DNA from: Octopus sinensis
Taxonomy: Eukaryota
Direction of reading: 5' to 3'
DNA length: 64,000 nt
Assembly (NCBI RefSeq): GCF_006345805.1
Contig: NC_043011.1
Span: forward strand, 17,434,464 to 17,498,463
Under the pieces are notes generated by a model. It had not been told where the DNA came from and ran no database searches. It was given only the letters and a program-made list of their open reading frames with translations. The position numbers and the translations under genes were made by a program. The first letter of the stretch is position 1, and each line of letters begins with the position of its first letter. Below, piece after piece: positions 25,820 to 39,295 of the stretch.

Positions 25820-26253
25820 GGATCTTTCCGGTTTGAACGGCAGTTTTTTTCTAGCGGTGTCATATGAAATTGTCACCCATAATTATGACCCTAGTATCGA
25901 TCTATTCCATTTCAATCTGTTTTAGGGTTAGTGTTAGTTAGGGTTAGGGTTAGGATTGGGGGAAGGGTATCTTTTTTTCTTCACAAATGTAAATAAACCC
26001 AATCTGTTTCTTAAATGAGGGACATATTCATACGGCACAGAATGTTTTTTACCTCAATAGACGTCAGTGATTGGTTGAAATTGCAGAAATTGAAGAAAGA
26101 AAACAACAAATATCTTAGAAACCATAGAATTTTCTCAATAAAGCCAAGAGAAAAATATATTTTATAAACACATTCTACCAGTATACGAAGTTTAAACTTT
26201 TTTAGTTACCTAGAAATTATGTTAAAAAACTGCCGTTCAAACCGAAAAGATCC
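25820..26253. mobile_element. GGATC-TIR MITE, copy 2
   Basis: Same TIRs and body. TSD gaaaatag/gaaaataa (7 of 8). Internal ttagggttagtgttagttagggttagggttagg. Confidence 0.9.
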
Positions 26254-26386
26254 GAAAATAATTACAAGCAGATTGTTAGAAAGGTAGATTGTGACTTGAA
26301 TATGAATACAAGTAGAGGTTAAATTGTAAAGTGCCCATTTAGTAACCTACTCGTTGTTTCGCACGTAATTGTCTCCCCACTTCTAG

Positions 26387-26452
26387 GTTGAAGGAAATGA
26401 GATATTCTCATGTTTAGAGCTCTCCTATGGCAATTTGCCGCTAACTGTACAG
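26387..26452 (+). CDS. Candidate 66-nt phase-0 exon (VEGNEIFSCLELSYGNLPLTVQ)
   Basis: Acceptor gtctccccacttctag and donor CAG|GTAGAT. Only one frame is open. Confidence 0.35.
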
Positions 26453-27291
26453 GTAGATACTGAAATATATGTTGCTGATTTATGTTTTTTAAGCGTGATA
26501 TTAATCTAATTTTCTTTGTGTTCGACTAAGAAAATGTCAGCATGTTAATTTATAGTTATAAACCAATTTATTCAAATTTAATAAGAATCCACTCAAGCAA
26601 TCCACGCTAACCTAAGAAACTGATAAAAACAAAAGAAAACATACAAGTAATGACAAAATAAACTATAATAAACTGAAACTAAAATCTTATTCTGAAAAGG
26701 TGGTTGAAAATTATTTTCAATAGCTGTCAAAAAAGAAACTAACACGAGAACAGCTGTAGCCATTTCATATTTTAATAGGTTCTTCAATTTATTTACAGAT
26801 ATAAATATGAAATAAAAGTAGTTTTGGACTTATTTTCGAGTTTTACTCAGAGAAGAAGAAAATAAGAAATTACATCAAAGAAATGAGCTATTTTTAGCAA
26901 TATACATTCTGTTGAAATTGGTAAAAGAAAAACATTACGTGCAAATCAAAAGCAAAAAAAAAAAATATTAAAAGCTCTTTAGAAAACTTTTAAGAGCTAG
27001 ACAATATCGTAGAAAATTTTTATTAATTTAGTAACTTAGACATGAAAACATTGAAATTAAATATATTTTTTCGGATTATTTAATTCGCATCAGGAATTTT
27101 AAAAAAACAGTAAAAGAATATTGGCAACATTTCAATGTCAATGTTGCACTTGTTGCTGAATTAATAGGGCCAAATGTTTTGGCATTTTTTTTTTTTTTTT
27201 TTGTGAGTGACTGACTTGATTTGACAGGAATGAAATATTTTAACTTCTGATTACTACATATTTTTAGAAACTACAAATAAAGAATTTGAGC

Positions 27292-27362
<71 letters not shown>

Positions 27363-27859
27363 TTATATATTGTTTTTGCCTCTCACTATTACTTAATACT
27401 TGTTAATATTCGCTTATTACCAAGGAAGTGGTGTCGCCGCTTCATACAGGAGAATGTTAAAGTGAATGATTTAATAGCTGTTCTGAGTTCCAATTTCACC
27501 GCAGATCATCTTGCGTTTCACTCTTTCGATATCGATAAGCCTCCTCACACAAAATGTAAGGCCCAGTGCCTATAGTATAAAGTATATATATTACTAATTA
27601 AATCTTAATCATTTGTACTTAACAAAAATCTTAATTGTTAAACAAATTATCTTGAAGAACTTGGTTACGTCTCTTACAAGTTCAAACACCACCTGATCAG
27701 CCTTGCGATTTATCCTTCAAAATGCCCCAAGTTAAAGTCGATAATGTATTTGAACTCAGGAATGTTATTAATGTAAAGAGTTATATAATAAATTTGTAAC
27801 ATTGCACCAAACATTGGTTTATTGACTGCGGAGCGCGAAAATGTTGGTACACGGGCGTG

Positions 27860-28115
27860 GCGTCCCAACCGCATGTTTCCAGGTTCAGCCCCACATCGTA
27901 ACACCTTCGGCAACTGTCTTCTCCTATAGCCTCAGATCGAACAAAACTTTGTGAGTGCATTTGGAAGATGGAAACTTGATGAATCCTGTCGTATATGTAT
28001 GTGTGTGTGTGTGTGTGTGTTTGTGTATTTGTGTCTGTGTTAGTCCCCACCTTCACTTGACAACCGGTGTTGTTGTGTTTACTTCCCTGTAACTTGGCGG
28101 TTCGGCAAAATGAGA
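27860..28115 (+). mobile_element. Diverged SINE family A
   Basis: ccaggttcagcccc...caccttcggcaactgtcttc...ttgacaaccggtgttg. Confidence 0.75.
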
Positions 28116-28327
28116 AGGATGGAATAAGTTCCTGGCTTTGGGTGAAAGAAAATACTTGAGGTTCAGTTAATTATGATTTTATTCAACATATTCCCCCTCT
28201 CAAATTTACACACATATTGCGGCGGTCCTTCAGTTTTTCTAAGCCCAGTAAAGAACTGGGTAAGCTAAGCCTCTAAACATGCCTTTCGTGATACTTGTAA
28301 ACTCAGGAACTTCTCAGTACCCCAAGT
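28105..28327. mobile_element. Tc1/mariner-type MITE related to 14933-15153
   Basis: aagttcctggctttggg...ttcaacatattcccc...caggaacttctcagtacccc. Confidence 0.6.
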
Positions 28328-28715
28328 TAAAATATAAAAGAATAATAGATTTAAAATTTAAAGGATATATTGCAACAAGTTAAATTAAGCGTTTGAAGAT
28401 GATGAAAATGAGAAAAGTCTATTCGTTAATTTTCCCATTTTCACGACCATTGGTTATTGACTTCTCGTTATTTAGCATTTAGCATTTAATATTATTAAAT
28501 AGTCTTCATTTGGCATTTCAATCTATTAGATTTCTGCATTCTATTTCAGAATAGTATAATCCTTAGCTAACGAAGTCTGTTATTGTATAGGAGTTAGTTT
28601 CGTTCTTCTTTAACATACTGTGTCGAAACGTGCTCCCATTATTTCTACGCCATCGTTGCTGCAGACACATTGTGTTCAGTACAATAATATCCAATACGTT
28701 CATCCATTTTTTAAG

Positions 28716-28834
28716 TAGCAGAGCCCGATTTGAGGGAGATTACGAAACTATTTCTAGCAGGTATAGAAAATACAGATACGCTCCGTGATTGGCCTGCAGA
28801 TGATATAAGCAAAAGTAGATGGAATAAACACAAG
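28716..28834 (+). CDS. Candidate exon (AEPDLREITKLFLAGIENTDTLRDWPADDISKSRWNKHK)
   Basis: Acceptor catccattttttaag, a 119-nt open frame with protein-like composition, and donor AAG|GTAATG. Confidence 0.4.
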
Positions 28835-29353
28835 GTAATGGAATTTCGTTAATATTTCAAAGAAATAAACAGAATGGAATGAAATATGCACAATAATTCT
28901 GGCTTGGTGAATATGCGTGCTATTTCATTACTCACATGAGTTGTGAGTTTAGTCAATGAAATATAGTCTTGGTGAGTAGATTACGCCATAGACATAAAAG
29001 CTTTTATCGAGCTCGTATTTATAAATCTATAGACATTATTTGTGTCATGCTACAAGGATTATGGCTGGGAAATCTAAAAATCTAATTCATATCCTTGCTA
29101 CAACAAAGCTCCTAAGTTATTACTGTAATACCTAACATTTTCACAAGGACATTTATATTCAAAAATAGAACGTTAATCGATTGAATTAACCATAGTACAG
29201 GACCAGTATTGATTGATTTGAAAGCAGTATCAATAAGGAATATAAAGCCAAACATATACTGGGATTCATCCAATTGATTGTATCCCTTCTCAATAAATCA
29301 TTTGAATATACCACTGAATGAAATCTTTTCATTTATGTTATATTTTTTACTAG

Positions 29354-29407
29354 CTCTCATCATCTTTCGATGGAGATGATACGACATGGATTTCATTGAC
29401 AGAGTAG
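29354..29407 (+). CDS. Candidate terminal exon (LSSSFDGDDTTWISLTE*)
   Basis: Acceptor tattttttactag. Phase 0 matches the 28834 donor. Confidence 0.3.
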   Translation, partial: LSSSFDGDDTTWISLTE

Positions 29408-30284
29408 ACAGCATCAGTCACATTTCCGCACTGGTAGTTCTTTTATTAGCCTTCGAAAGACAAAACCTCTACTGTATCAAATGTGATTTGAAATCAACCA
29501 AATACAGCACAATATATAATTGTTGTTGTTTTGCTGTCTTTTGAGAACAGACTATTTCAAATATAACTCTGTGGAAATGCTGTATTACCGTATTTATACT
29601 TTATAACATTTCTTTGGAGGATTATTGCGCTAACAGTTGTCATTGGATATTTTATATTTATTTAGTAAAAATTTGTTTATTTGTTTAACAACATGTCTTC
29701 TATATACACCGGTAGAACATGCCACAACAGCTTTTAGGTAAATTGTCGAAAATTCTGCAAACACAAAACGTCAATTTAAAACAAAATTTGCAGAGGAAAA
29801 AATGACAGGCCGCCAACAAGTAAACACAGATTTGTACAACACATACTGCAGATAGTTATGAAAATAGAAACAAAAGCAGTAAATCTTGTGACAATGTTGC
29901 TAGGCAGACCATAATTCTGAATGAGAATCAGCATTCAGGAAGAAGGTATATGAAAAGACTTATGCCTCTTAAACTGGTGATTTTATACAGGAAAGGCTTT
30001 AAATTAAACGATAAGGATAGCGGGCTAATTAATGTAAAAGAAATAATCAAAGAATACACTGATGATAGAATATCAGTTAAAACTAAATACGTACAACTTG
30101 GGCATGCAATGCTATTTCTTACGTCCAACACAAAATATACTGTGCGTTGCATGTACACATGCAAAGATCCAAAACTGGATTGGAGGAGATAGAGAATCAT
30201 AGAAAGGTTTGGGCCAATCTATGTGCATTGTTATCTGTTTATCTCTGAGATTCACTCTTCCTTTTCTTTGTTTCTCATTAAAAA

Positions 30285-30660
30285 ATTCAACAGGGCGCCA
30301 CTGCATTTTGCCAAGGACTCGAAATTTGCCATCAAGATATAGGACAAGATACTGCGACAGCCTGGGCTTCAGGGCACTACAGCTCTTCAATATACTCCCG
30401 AAGGACCAGAGAGACCTGCATGGGGTGGATGTAGGTGTCTTCAAAATGAAACTGGACCTCTTACTGTCAAGTACTGTCAAGATAAACCAACTTCACAGCA
30501 GGAGGTGCAGATGAGGGCAGCGGCATCAAACTCCCTCATGCACTAGATGTCAATTTCTAAAAAGAATTAGTGAAGTAAAATTATGTAGCAGCACCAAATA
30601 GTGGTGCCCCAGCATGGCCACAGCTCGTGAGCTGAAACTAGATCAAATCAAATCAAATCA
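30285..30660 (+). mobile_element. CR1-clade LINE 3' end, same family as 8288
   Basis: GRHCILP...SLGFRALQLFNILPKDQRDLHGVDVGVFKMKLD. Tail gtggtgccccagcatggccacagctcgtgagctgaaactag. Confidence 0.85.
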
Positions 30661-31683
30661 TAGCTTGCTTCCGAACACATGATTCTGGGTTCAGTCCCAC
30701 TGCGTGGCACCATATCAGATACAAAATTCTCCGTTTCATATATTAGCTCTCTACACTTATATTTAACTTTTCCTTTCTTTGATATCATCAAGTTACGAAT
30801 CAAAAAATTTTCATATACTTTTAGACATATTTTTATTTCTTAAAGTTGATTCGTATTGAAACTTATGGCTTGGTTAGCAACATTTTCAAAATTTTACTAT
30901 TTTAGTTTCCACTTTCATATCTAACTGCTGTATGTGACTGCTGTAATTTATTTCTTAGCATCCTGTCACTTTCTTCTATGCCATTTTTTAAAATTAACAT
31001 TTGCGTTACGAAATTTCGAAAACATGTTAAAAATTTTGTGGGACATATTTTCCATAGGCATATGTAAAGCCACGTTGTTAAACAAATAATCGAATATTTG
31101 CAAAATAAATCAAAAATGCCCCTCGATAAACATCTGTGTAATAATCCTTAAAATATTTGTCATGCGTATGACTTTGCACTGCGTCTGGTAATTGGGAGGT
31201 CCCGAGCTTTGAGAAGCGTGGGACCAAAACTTAGCAGCTATTATTCTCAGGTTTACTCTAAACCGGAGTAGTAGCACATCCCAGGTTCCCAGTTACGGGT
31301 TAATTCGCATACTATAGAACTGATTGCGGAAGTATGTCAATAACAAACACGCCAACAGATAGAGGACAAGATGAGTCCTTTCAGCTCTTTCGCTGCTCAT
31401 CTAAGAGAAGATAATTCCATTCAAATCGTGCGTCCTGATAACTACTTTTGTAGCCCCAGACCAATATAAGTTTGAAGGGCTATAGAGTGGGACTGACACA
31501 GCACCTGCATACTCAACGAAACAGTATTTATCGTGCAGGTCGTTCAGCAAACCAACATAACATTACCAACAACAACAACATCATTTTAGTTCTATTGAGC
31601 TAAGAGCACTACGCAGCTGTGTCTTGCGGAACCCTCCTTCGTCGACGTGACAAGTGTCCAGCAGCAGCAGCAGCAGCAGCAGT

Positions 31684-32060
31684 GGAAGCGCGATGGCCCA
31701 GTAGTTAGGGCAGCGGGCTCGCGGTCGGAGGATCGCGGTTTCGATTCCCAGACCGGGCGTTGTGTGTGTTTATTGAGCGAAAACACCTAAAGCTCTACGA
31801 GGTTCTGGCAGGGGGTGGTGGCGACCCCTGTTGTACTCTTTCGCTCCAACATTCTCTCACTCTCTCTTCTTGTTTCTTGTCCCCGACTTCCTACGCAACC
31901 GCTGAGCCTAGATGCGCATTCATCCATCTGTCGATGCTCTCGGTATCGAGGGTTGACCTGCTTTCTCTTCTGCGAGTCTTACGAATAGCAAAGGACCACG
32001 TTTCGGACTTCTCCCATCTTGCTAGCTCTGGGACGAAGACCGTTTGCTCAACAGCAACAA
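31684..32060 (+). mobile_element. SINE family B variant with a long tail ending in (CAA/CAG)n
   Basis: tRNA-like head ggcccagtagttagggcagcgg...tttcgattccc followed by gcgaaaacacctaaagctc. Confidence 0.8.
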
Positions 32061-32132
32061 CAACAGCAACAGCAGCAACAGTAGTAATAGTAGTAGTAGT
32101 AATATTGGTGATGGTTGTAGTGTTAGATGTTT

Positions 32133-33333
32133 TGGGAGAAGCACAGCAGCATCGATAACAGAAGCTGTATTGAAATGATATGATGATTCTATTATAACAG
32201 ATTTGTGAAGCGAATACAGGATGAAAAATAAAAGATAGGTAAGTTAATATGTAAGACAGCCTCCTTGGCATTTGAATAACCCAATAATTTAGTTAAGGAA
32301 AACTATTGTATTCTTATATTTAAACTATCTAATAAGTAGTTGAGTTTTTCAATTTGAAAACGCTCTATTAAACTGTTGGAATTGACAGAACATTTTATAT
32401 AATGATAAGCATTTATAAAAATTATTCGAACAGTAACAAAAAAACTACAACAACCTTATACTTACCTTCCAAATAAACTGCCAAGAAGAAAACTTAGTTT
32501 CAGAAAATTTATAATAACCATCTCTGCCAAGAATTTGAAATTCTGTAACTTCAATCAGCACCGTCGTTGTCGTTGTCATATTCACGATAATCCTTCTCTT
32601 TACCATTTTTTTCTCTTCTTCATCACGCTTCTTATTATCATAATACATCTCTTCTCATCCATCTCATCTCTACTGTCTTCCTTCCCAGAATTATTGAGCG
32701 TTATCATAATCATTTCCGTCGTTTGAACACATACATTCTACAATAGATGCCACATGCTGGATAGTTTTGAAACACCCTATCAATAGGTGATCTATCACAT
32801 GCAAAACCCAAATTACCGAGTTCGCATTGCTCTACACTTGGCCCTCTCCGATAAAACTGTTTTCCTTGATATGCTTCTAAAGTGATTTCACATTTTTCCA
32901 AAAACAATCACAATTTTTTTTTTATTCATTACATTTACTATTATTACTGGGTGTCCCAAAGTCACTGATGGGTTTCAATTTTTAATAACGTCCTTAACTA
33001 TTCAAATAAATGCATGAAATTTTTATACAATGTAAAAGACATAATGAAAATTAATATGTACGGGTCAAATTTTGCAGCAACTCTACATCGCATATGAAAA
33101 TGATATCACTTCCCCTCTGCCGAGATACGAACTCAACTGCGCATTCCGACTCACTGAAGAATAGCAGAAAAGGTTCCTCTTTTTAAAGCTGGTGGTAGAC
33201 ACCAGCGAGTAGGCATATTTGCTCGCGCTCGGCTGGTCTGTTTTTATCCTGTATTCCCTTCACAAATCTGTTATAATAGAATCATTTTATCATTTCAGTA
33301 CCGCTTCTGTTATCGATGCTGCTGTGCTTCTCC
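32133..33333. repeat. Divergent inverted pair of ~95 bp (32133-32228 versus 33238-33333)
   Basis: cctgtattc(g/c)cttcacaaatctgttataatagaatc...cttctgttatcgatgctgctgtgcttctcc occurs in opposite orientations. Confidence 0.85.
32735..32876 (-). CDS. Candidate Cys-containing exon (AYQGKQFYRRGPSVEQCELGNLGFACDRSPIDRVFQNYPACGIYCR)
   Basis: Acceptor aaatcactttag and donor AAT|GTATGT, within open ORF 32710..32907. Confidence 0.3.
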
Positions 33334-33429
33334 TTGATGAAAGATTTGACCATCACGTGACCACCTGTAGAAATCAACGTATGAGCCGATATTTGGGTAT
33401 CTAATGGTAGACAAGCAAACTGCGAATAT

Positions 33430-34310
33430 ATACTTGTTTCTACCTCAATAGATGTCATCAGGACGATTTTGTGCTGTTGGGATAAATTAGAAAGATTGTC
33501 ATGCTGATGACAAAGAAGATTTGAACCGCCAAAGCAGCGAAGATATACCATTACATCCTGTATTTGTTTGACTAAGTGTCGAAGACTACCAGTAAAAAAT
33601 GCAAGACTACAAAGCTAACCAAGGTTTCCTCCGGCTACAGCAATATTGATTAAATCTCGTAAATGCACACAATAATAGCCTAAACCAAATCCATGACAAA
33701 TACTTGCTACAAGAGGATAAGCTACTAAATCATTTAGCATTGCACGGGCTGTATTGTAACATGAAATATCAATCGGAAGTGCAAAAACAAAAGTCAAAAA
33801 TATATATGAAGTACATAGATTTTATGGTATGCTATGATATCCCTCTTCTCTGTGTCAATGTCTGCGATACATATAATTTTAGAAAACCGTAGCCGGAAAA
33901 GATTCTTCAAAATCTGGGTCGTATATGAACTTCAACTACCTACATCAATGCAAAACATTTCTTTACCGCTTTGGAACGAGCACTTCGGCTTAGATGCAAT
34001 GTGAGAGATTGTGCTACATTAACGCTCATGAAAAAGAAATTTGGGTTAGGCTATTACTAAACACATTTACAAGATTTAATCAATAATGCTGTAGCCGGAG
34101 AAAACCTTGGTTAGCTTTGTATTATTGCAATTTTTGCTGGCAGTCTTCGACATCTAGTCTGACAAATACAGGGTTAAATAGAATATCTTCGCTGCTTTGT
34201 CGGCTCAGAGCTTCTACTCTCATCAGTATGACAATTGTTCTAATTTATCCCAAGGGATAAATCATCAACAACTGTCGTGTTGATGATACCTATGTAGTAG
34301 AAACACGTGT
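33430..34310. mobile_element. Fold-back/MITE-like element with ~270-bp imperfect inverted arms
   Basis: For example cctgtatttg...aagctaaccaaggtttcctccggctacagc versus gctgtagccggagaaaaccttggttagctt...caaatacagg. Confidence 0.8.
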
Positions 34311-34609
34311 TTACGACTCTGCTTTTATCTCCAAACAATAAACATGTCATTTCCCTTAATAGAATGTCAAATTTGGAGAATTCTTGATACTTGCGATTAT
34401 CTTCCCTTGTCGCTTGGAGCTGGTTCCAGCCTCCACTTTGTTCTTGTTACACATCCCCTAGAGGTGGAGCCGATTGAAATAATTCAAGAGATGCACATTA
34501 GACGGGGAGAATTATATTGTTGTTCAAGCGCGCGTCATCAAGTAAAATGGCGAAAGATTATAAAAATTTAAAACGCAGATACTAAAAAACGTAAACGACG
34601 GATGAATGC

Positions 34610-34760
34610 TACAAGTTAGCTAGGTAGTTAGTTAGTTAATTTGGCTCAAAAGCAAATAGCAAGGCCATGTAGGGGGACATGGAGTTAAGTACAGGGTGGT
34701 GTTCATGTAAAGAGTTCAGGCCACTTGAGGTCAAGGGAGGCTTTGAACAAAGCGGTACAA
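34610..34760 (-). mobile_element. 3' tail of the CR1 family seen at 60885
   Basis: Reverse complement matches the 61260-61390 tail (gtacataactccatgtgcccctac..ggccttgct..(TAAC)n). Confidence 0.75.
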
Positions 34761-35484
34761 AGTGTATTACAAATGGGAGTTGTTGGACATTAAGTTGTTA
34801 TTCTATATAACACGCAGAATGAAGAATGAAATTTAAAATTGAATTATCCCTTTTGATAAAACTAAATTATGAATGTACAGACAAAACAAAAACCAACTTA
34901 AAATACATAATGCATAATGCAAAGCCGAGGCTACTAAGGTTCTCAACTTCAGTTAAAATCAAAATTGAATTCGGGTTAATTTCGCGAGAGCCGTTTATAA
35001 CTAGACATTGATTTCGTAAATAGGTTTATTAAATTTCAACTATCAGTTAATCAAGTAATATTTCAAATGATTTTCTGGGAATCACGCAGTTCGTTTTTTA
35101 TTATCGTTTCTAAATCCGTTTTCTCATAATGTTAATTTCTTTCTTTTAGATGTTTCTTTTGGGTTTCTCCCACTTAATGGCAATAATCGTAATCGCAGCT
35201 GTTGATATTCGGGCTTTCATCTTTCTTCCCGAATATGTAACTCACAAATTTCAACATTTTAACTGTCAGCGTTTGTGTCTCAGATTTCCAAATCCATTGA
35301 TTTTTGGGGGCAATTTATGAAATATTTTGCCTCAAATGTTACTGTGAAGAACGTCTATGCTACTCTCGCTCACTGGACACAGCAGAAGGTATTTGCCTAG
35401 GTTACCACGTAGAGGGACTGGACACCGAAACCACATCGTTGCAAAGTGATCTTAACCGCACAGCCATGCCAGCATTTATATATT

Positions 35485-35662
35485 TATTTCGTCTGCCGTT
35501 ACGTTCTGAGTTCGAATTCCGCCGTGGTCGACTTTGCCTTTCATCCTTTCGGGGTCGATAAATTAAGTACCAGTTACGCACTGGGGTCGATGTAATCGAC
35601 TTAATTCGTTTGTCTGTCCTTGTTTGTCCCCTCTATGTTTAGCCCATTGTGGGTAATAAAGA
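35485..35662 (+). mobile_element. SINE family C body
   Basis: tatttcgtctgccgttacgttctgagttcg...ttgcctttcatcctttcggggtcgataaattaagtacc...gtaataaagaaa. Confidence 0.85.
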
Positions 35663-36138
35663 AACATATATATTTAATTAACCCTTCAAAGACGCACACG
35701 CACATGTGTATGTGTGTGTGTGTGTGTGTGTACTGCCACAGAAATTTGCTTATAATATCTGTACAAATCCAGGCAAGCTGCGGTCTTTCTTTTGGGAAAT
35801 CACTGGAATATTCCAAAAACTGAACATAGTTTATTGATTTATTTAATATACTTTACTAGGATTTTAAACTTGATTACACTAAACAGTAAACAGAATATAT
35901 TTACAACTCTTTCGTTATAACTTGGAAATATGGTAATTTAGGGAATATACTTGTTTATATTTGTACACATCAATACCAATGAAACTGAGTGTAGAATGTT
36001 CTTGATATTTGGTCAGTCATAAATCTTTCCAAATGTCTTTGTCATGTATGATTATCTTTCTTGAGAGTAAAAGTTTTTGATTGTATGTGTGTGTGAGTGT
36101 GTGTGTGTGTGCGTGTGCATGTATTATATGCAGGAATG

Positions 36139-36172
<34 letters not shown>

Positions 36173-36238
36173 TATGTATATATATATGTGTGTATAATAT
36201 GCATGAATGTATATACATTCATATATATATATACATAC

Positions 36239-36280
<42 letters not shown>

Positions 36281-36510
36281 AGAGTTTAAGAAAAGACAAA
36301 AGACGAAGACAGGTGGTGTACAAAACAAACAGATGTATTAGTATAACGCTCAGGAATAGAAAAAGTATTTTACGTTTCGAGCCTACGCTCTTCTACAGAA
36401 AGGTACACAGAAAAAACAAGGAGAGAAAAAATGCGTGTAGTGGTTAACGATCTATCATGGTGACTGACCTAATTCAATATATATATATATGTGTGTATAT
36501 ATATATATAT

Positions 36511-36632
36511 ATAATTGTTAAAGAGGATAACAAACGTTAAGACAAAGCTAGCATCACAAGTCTTATACATTATTGTACGTGACTTGAGTTGATTACCTTG
36601 CCTTAACGTTTGTTGTCCTCTTTAACAATTAT
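36511..36632. repeat. ~120-bp hairpin/MITE with 33-bp inverted termini in (TA)n
   Basis: aattgttaaagaggataacaaacgttaagacaa / ttgccttaacgtttgttgtcctctttaacaatt. Confidence 0.8.
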
Positions 36633-36765
36633 ATATCGGAAATCTGCAATAGGTCAATAACTACTGTCTCTACTATAACCTTGAAACCCTAGTAATCTCT
36701 TACAGCACTTAGCTAGCGTAGCTAATCGTTTAGATCGCCTCTGAAGTAAACCACCATACATTATA

Positions 36766-36802
36766 TATGTATGTATGTATGCATGCATTTATTTATATAT
36801 AT

Positions 36803-36864
<62 letters not shown>

Positions 36865-36943
36865 GTATATATTATATATGTATATATGTGTATATGTATA
36901 TATGTATATGTATATATATATAATATATGTATATGTATATATG

Positions 36944-36974
<31 letters not shown>

Positions 36975-37050
36975 ATGTATATGTATATATATATGTATGT
37001 GTATATGTATATATATATATTATATATGTATATATATATATATGTATATG

Positions 37051-37081
<31 letters not shown>

Positions 37082-37086
37082 GTATG

Positions 37087-37168
<82 letters not shown>

Positions 37169-37285
37169 GTATATATATGTATATATATGCATATATATAT
37201 ATGTATATATATATATATGTATATATATGTATATATATATATATGTATATATATATATGTATATATATATGTATATATATATATA

Positions 37286-37342
<57 letters not shown>

Positions 37343-37350
37343 TGTGTGTG
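36766..37350. repeat. Long (TA)n/(TATG)n microsatellite; similar tract at 38760-39350
   Basis: Read directly from the sequence. It is the source of the YIYI ORFs. Confidence 0.97.
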
Positions 37351-37351
37351 T

Positions 37352-37555
37352 GGAGGCGCGTGGCTTAGTGGTTAGTGTGTCAACATCATGATCGTAAGTT
37401 TGTGGTTTCGATTCCTGGACCGGGCGACGCGTTGTGCTCTTGAGCAAAGCACTTCATTTCACGTTGCTTCAGTCCACTCAGTCATGCTGCGATGGACTGG
37501 CGCCCCGTCCAGCTGGGGAACACATACGCAATAGAAACTGGAAACCGGACCCATG
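37352..37555 (+). mobile_element. SINE family B-related copy
   Basis: ggaggcgcgtggcttagtggttag...gtttcgattcctggaccgggcg...gctgcgatggactggcg. Confidence 0.8.
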
Positions 37556-37809
37556 CATATATACATACATACACGTACATGCGAAGATATATATGTATAG
37601 ATACATGCATGGGTACAGGACGTCAAAGAAAAGTGAACAAAATGAGAAACGAGAACATAAAAAAAAGCATGGAAAGCGAACTTTTTCTTCGAACAACGAA
37701 AGAAACAAATAGAGAAATGAGACAAGCAACATAAAGAATATTTCCTTCATCAGTTGTCCCTTGTTTTATCAACTCTGTGTGGTTTGTGCTCACACCATAT
37801 CTTAACTCT

Positions 37810-38620
37810 CTCTTTCTCTCTCTAACTCCAACTTTTCACAAAGTTTTTAATGTATCATGTTTACCACCTCATCGTATTGTTACAACTTTAATTGATGTTC
37901 GTCAAATCAAGGGCATTCGTTCATGATATGGACAATCGTTTCATCAACTCTATTACAGATTAGGTAAGTGGAAACACTTACTCATTCCTAAGGTTGACTC
38001 TCCAATTTGTGGCCAAAATTTAGTCTTGACCTGTCAATATTCTGCTTCCAGCCTCTCTTCTTTTTCAGTCTTTCCTTTTTCAACCAGTCTCATCAATGTT
38101 TCCCAGCAACATCAGTTTAGGCTACAAGAAATTGCCTTCTTCCTTGTTGCATAGTGCTTCTTCTTCATGTCGTTTCTTGTACTTCTTGCTTTGTTATTTT
38201 CTTTTTTTCCTGATTTCAATTATCTGTCATCTCCATCTGCTCCTGGCAAGGTTTCCTCAAATTGGGATGGATAATTAAATTGATTCTGAAATTTGGTATG
38301 CATCCAGTCTTCCACACTCATCAGTTACCATTCTCCATTTCCTCTCTACATGTATAGACTGTCAGTGTCTGCACATGGATGATGGGCTCCATGCATTGTT
38401 AGAGGCTTTCTTGTCTTCTTGTCCATCTCTTTTAGTTCACCCTCTGTCCAATTCAGAAGTCCAGTGCCATACTGAATCACTACCACTGCAGCTCAGCTTA
38501 TGTAATTATCTTTCTGGCTTTTATCATTGAAATTAATATTGTTCTGAGTCACCACAGATACTCCTTCGCTGTCTTTTCTTTTCATCTTCTGTTCTGGTAA
38601 ACATTCCTCATCTCATCACT
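37810..38620 (-). mobile_element. Old, degenerate R4/Dong-clade LINE fragment
   Basis: Minus strand IQYGTGLLNWTEGELKEMDKKTRKPLTMHGAHHPCADTDSLY resembles the R4/Dong thumb/linker motif. Many stops. Confidence 0.8.
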
Positions 38621-39075
38621 ATTATAGCAAAGTGCTTAGTGAGGATTTCACAAATGCATAAAATGAATCAGATTGAAAGCCATAATTCATACAGAAATGC
38701 ATACAAATGCACAAACACAGGTAGAGAAAAAGGGTAGACATCTACATAGGCATATATGTATGTGAGTATATTGCTGTGTATATAAATATATATATGTGTG
38801 TGTGTGTGTGTTTCTATGTATATATACATGTGTGTGTGAATAGTTATGTATATATGCATATATATATTTATGTATCCGTGTGTGTGTATATATATATATG
38901 TATATATATACATACATATATGTATATATATATGTATATATATGTATATATATATGTATATATATACATACATATATATATATATATATGTGTATATATA
39001 TGTATATATATATACATACACATATATATATATGTATATATATATGTATATAGATATGTATATATATGTATATAT

Positions 39076-39219
<144 letters not shown>

Positions 39220-39243
39220 CATACATATATATATATATATATG

Positions 39244-39295
<52 letters not shown>

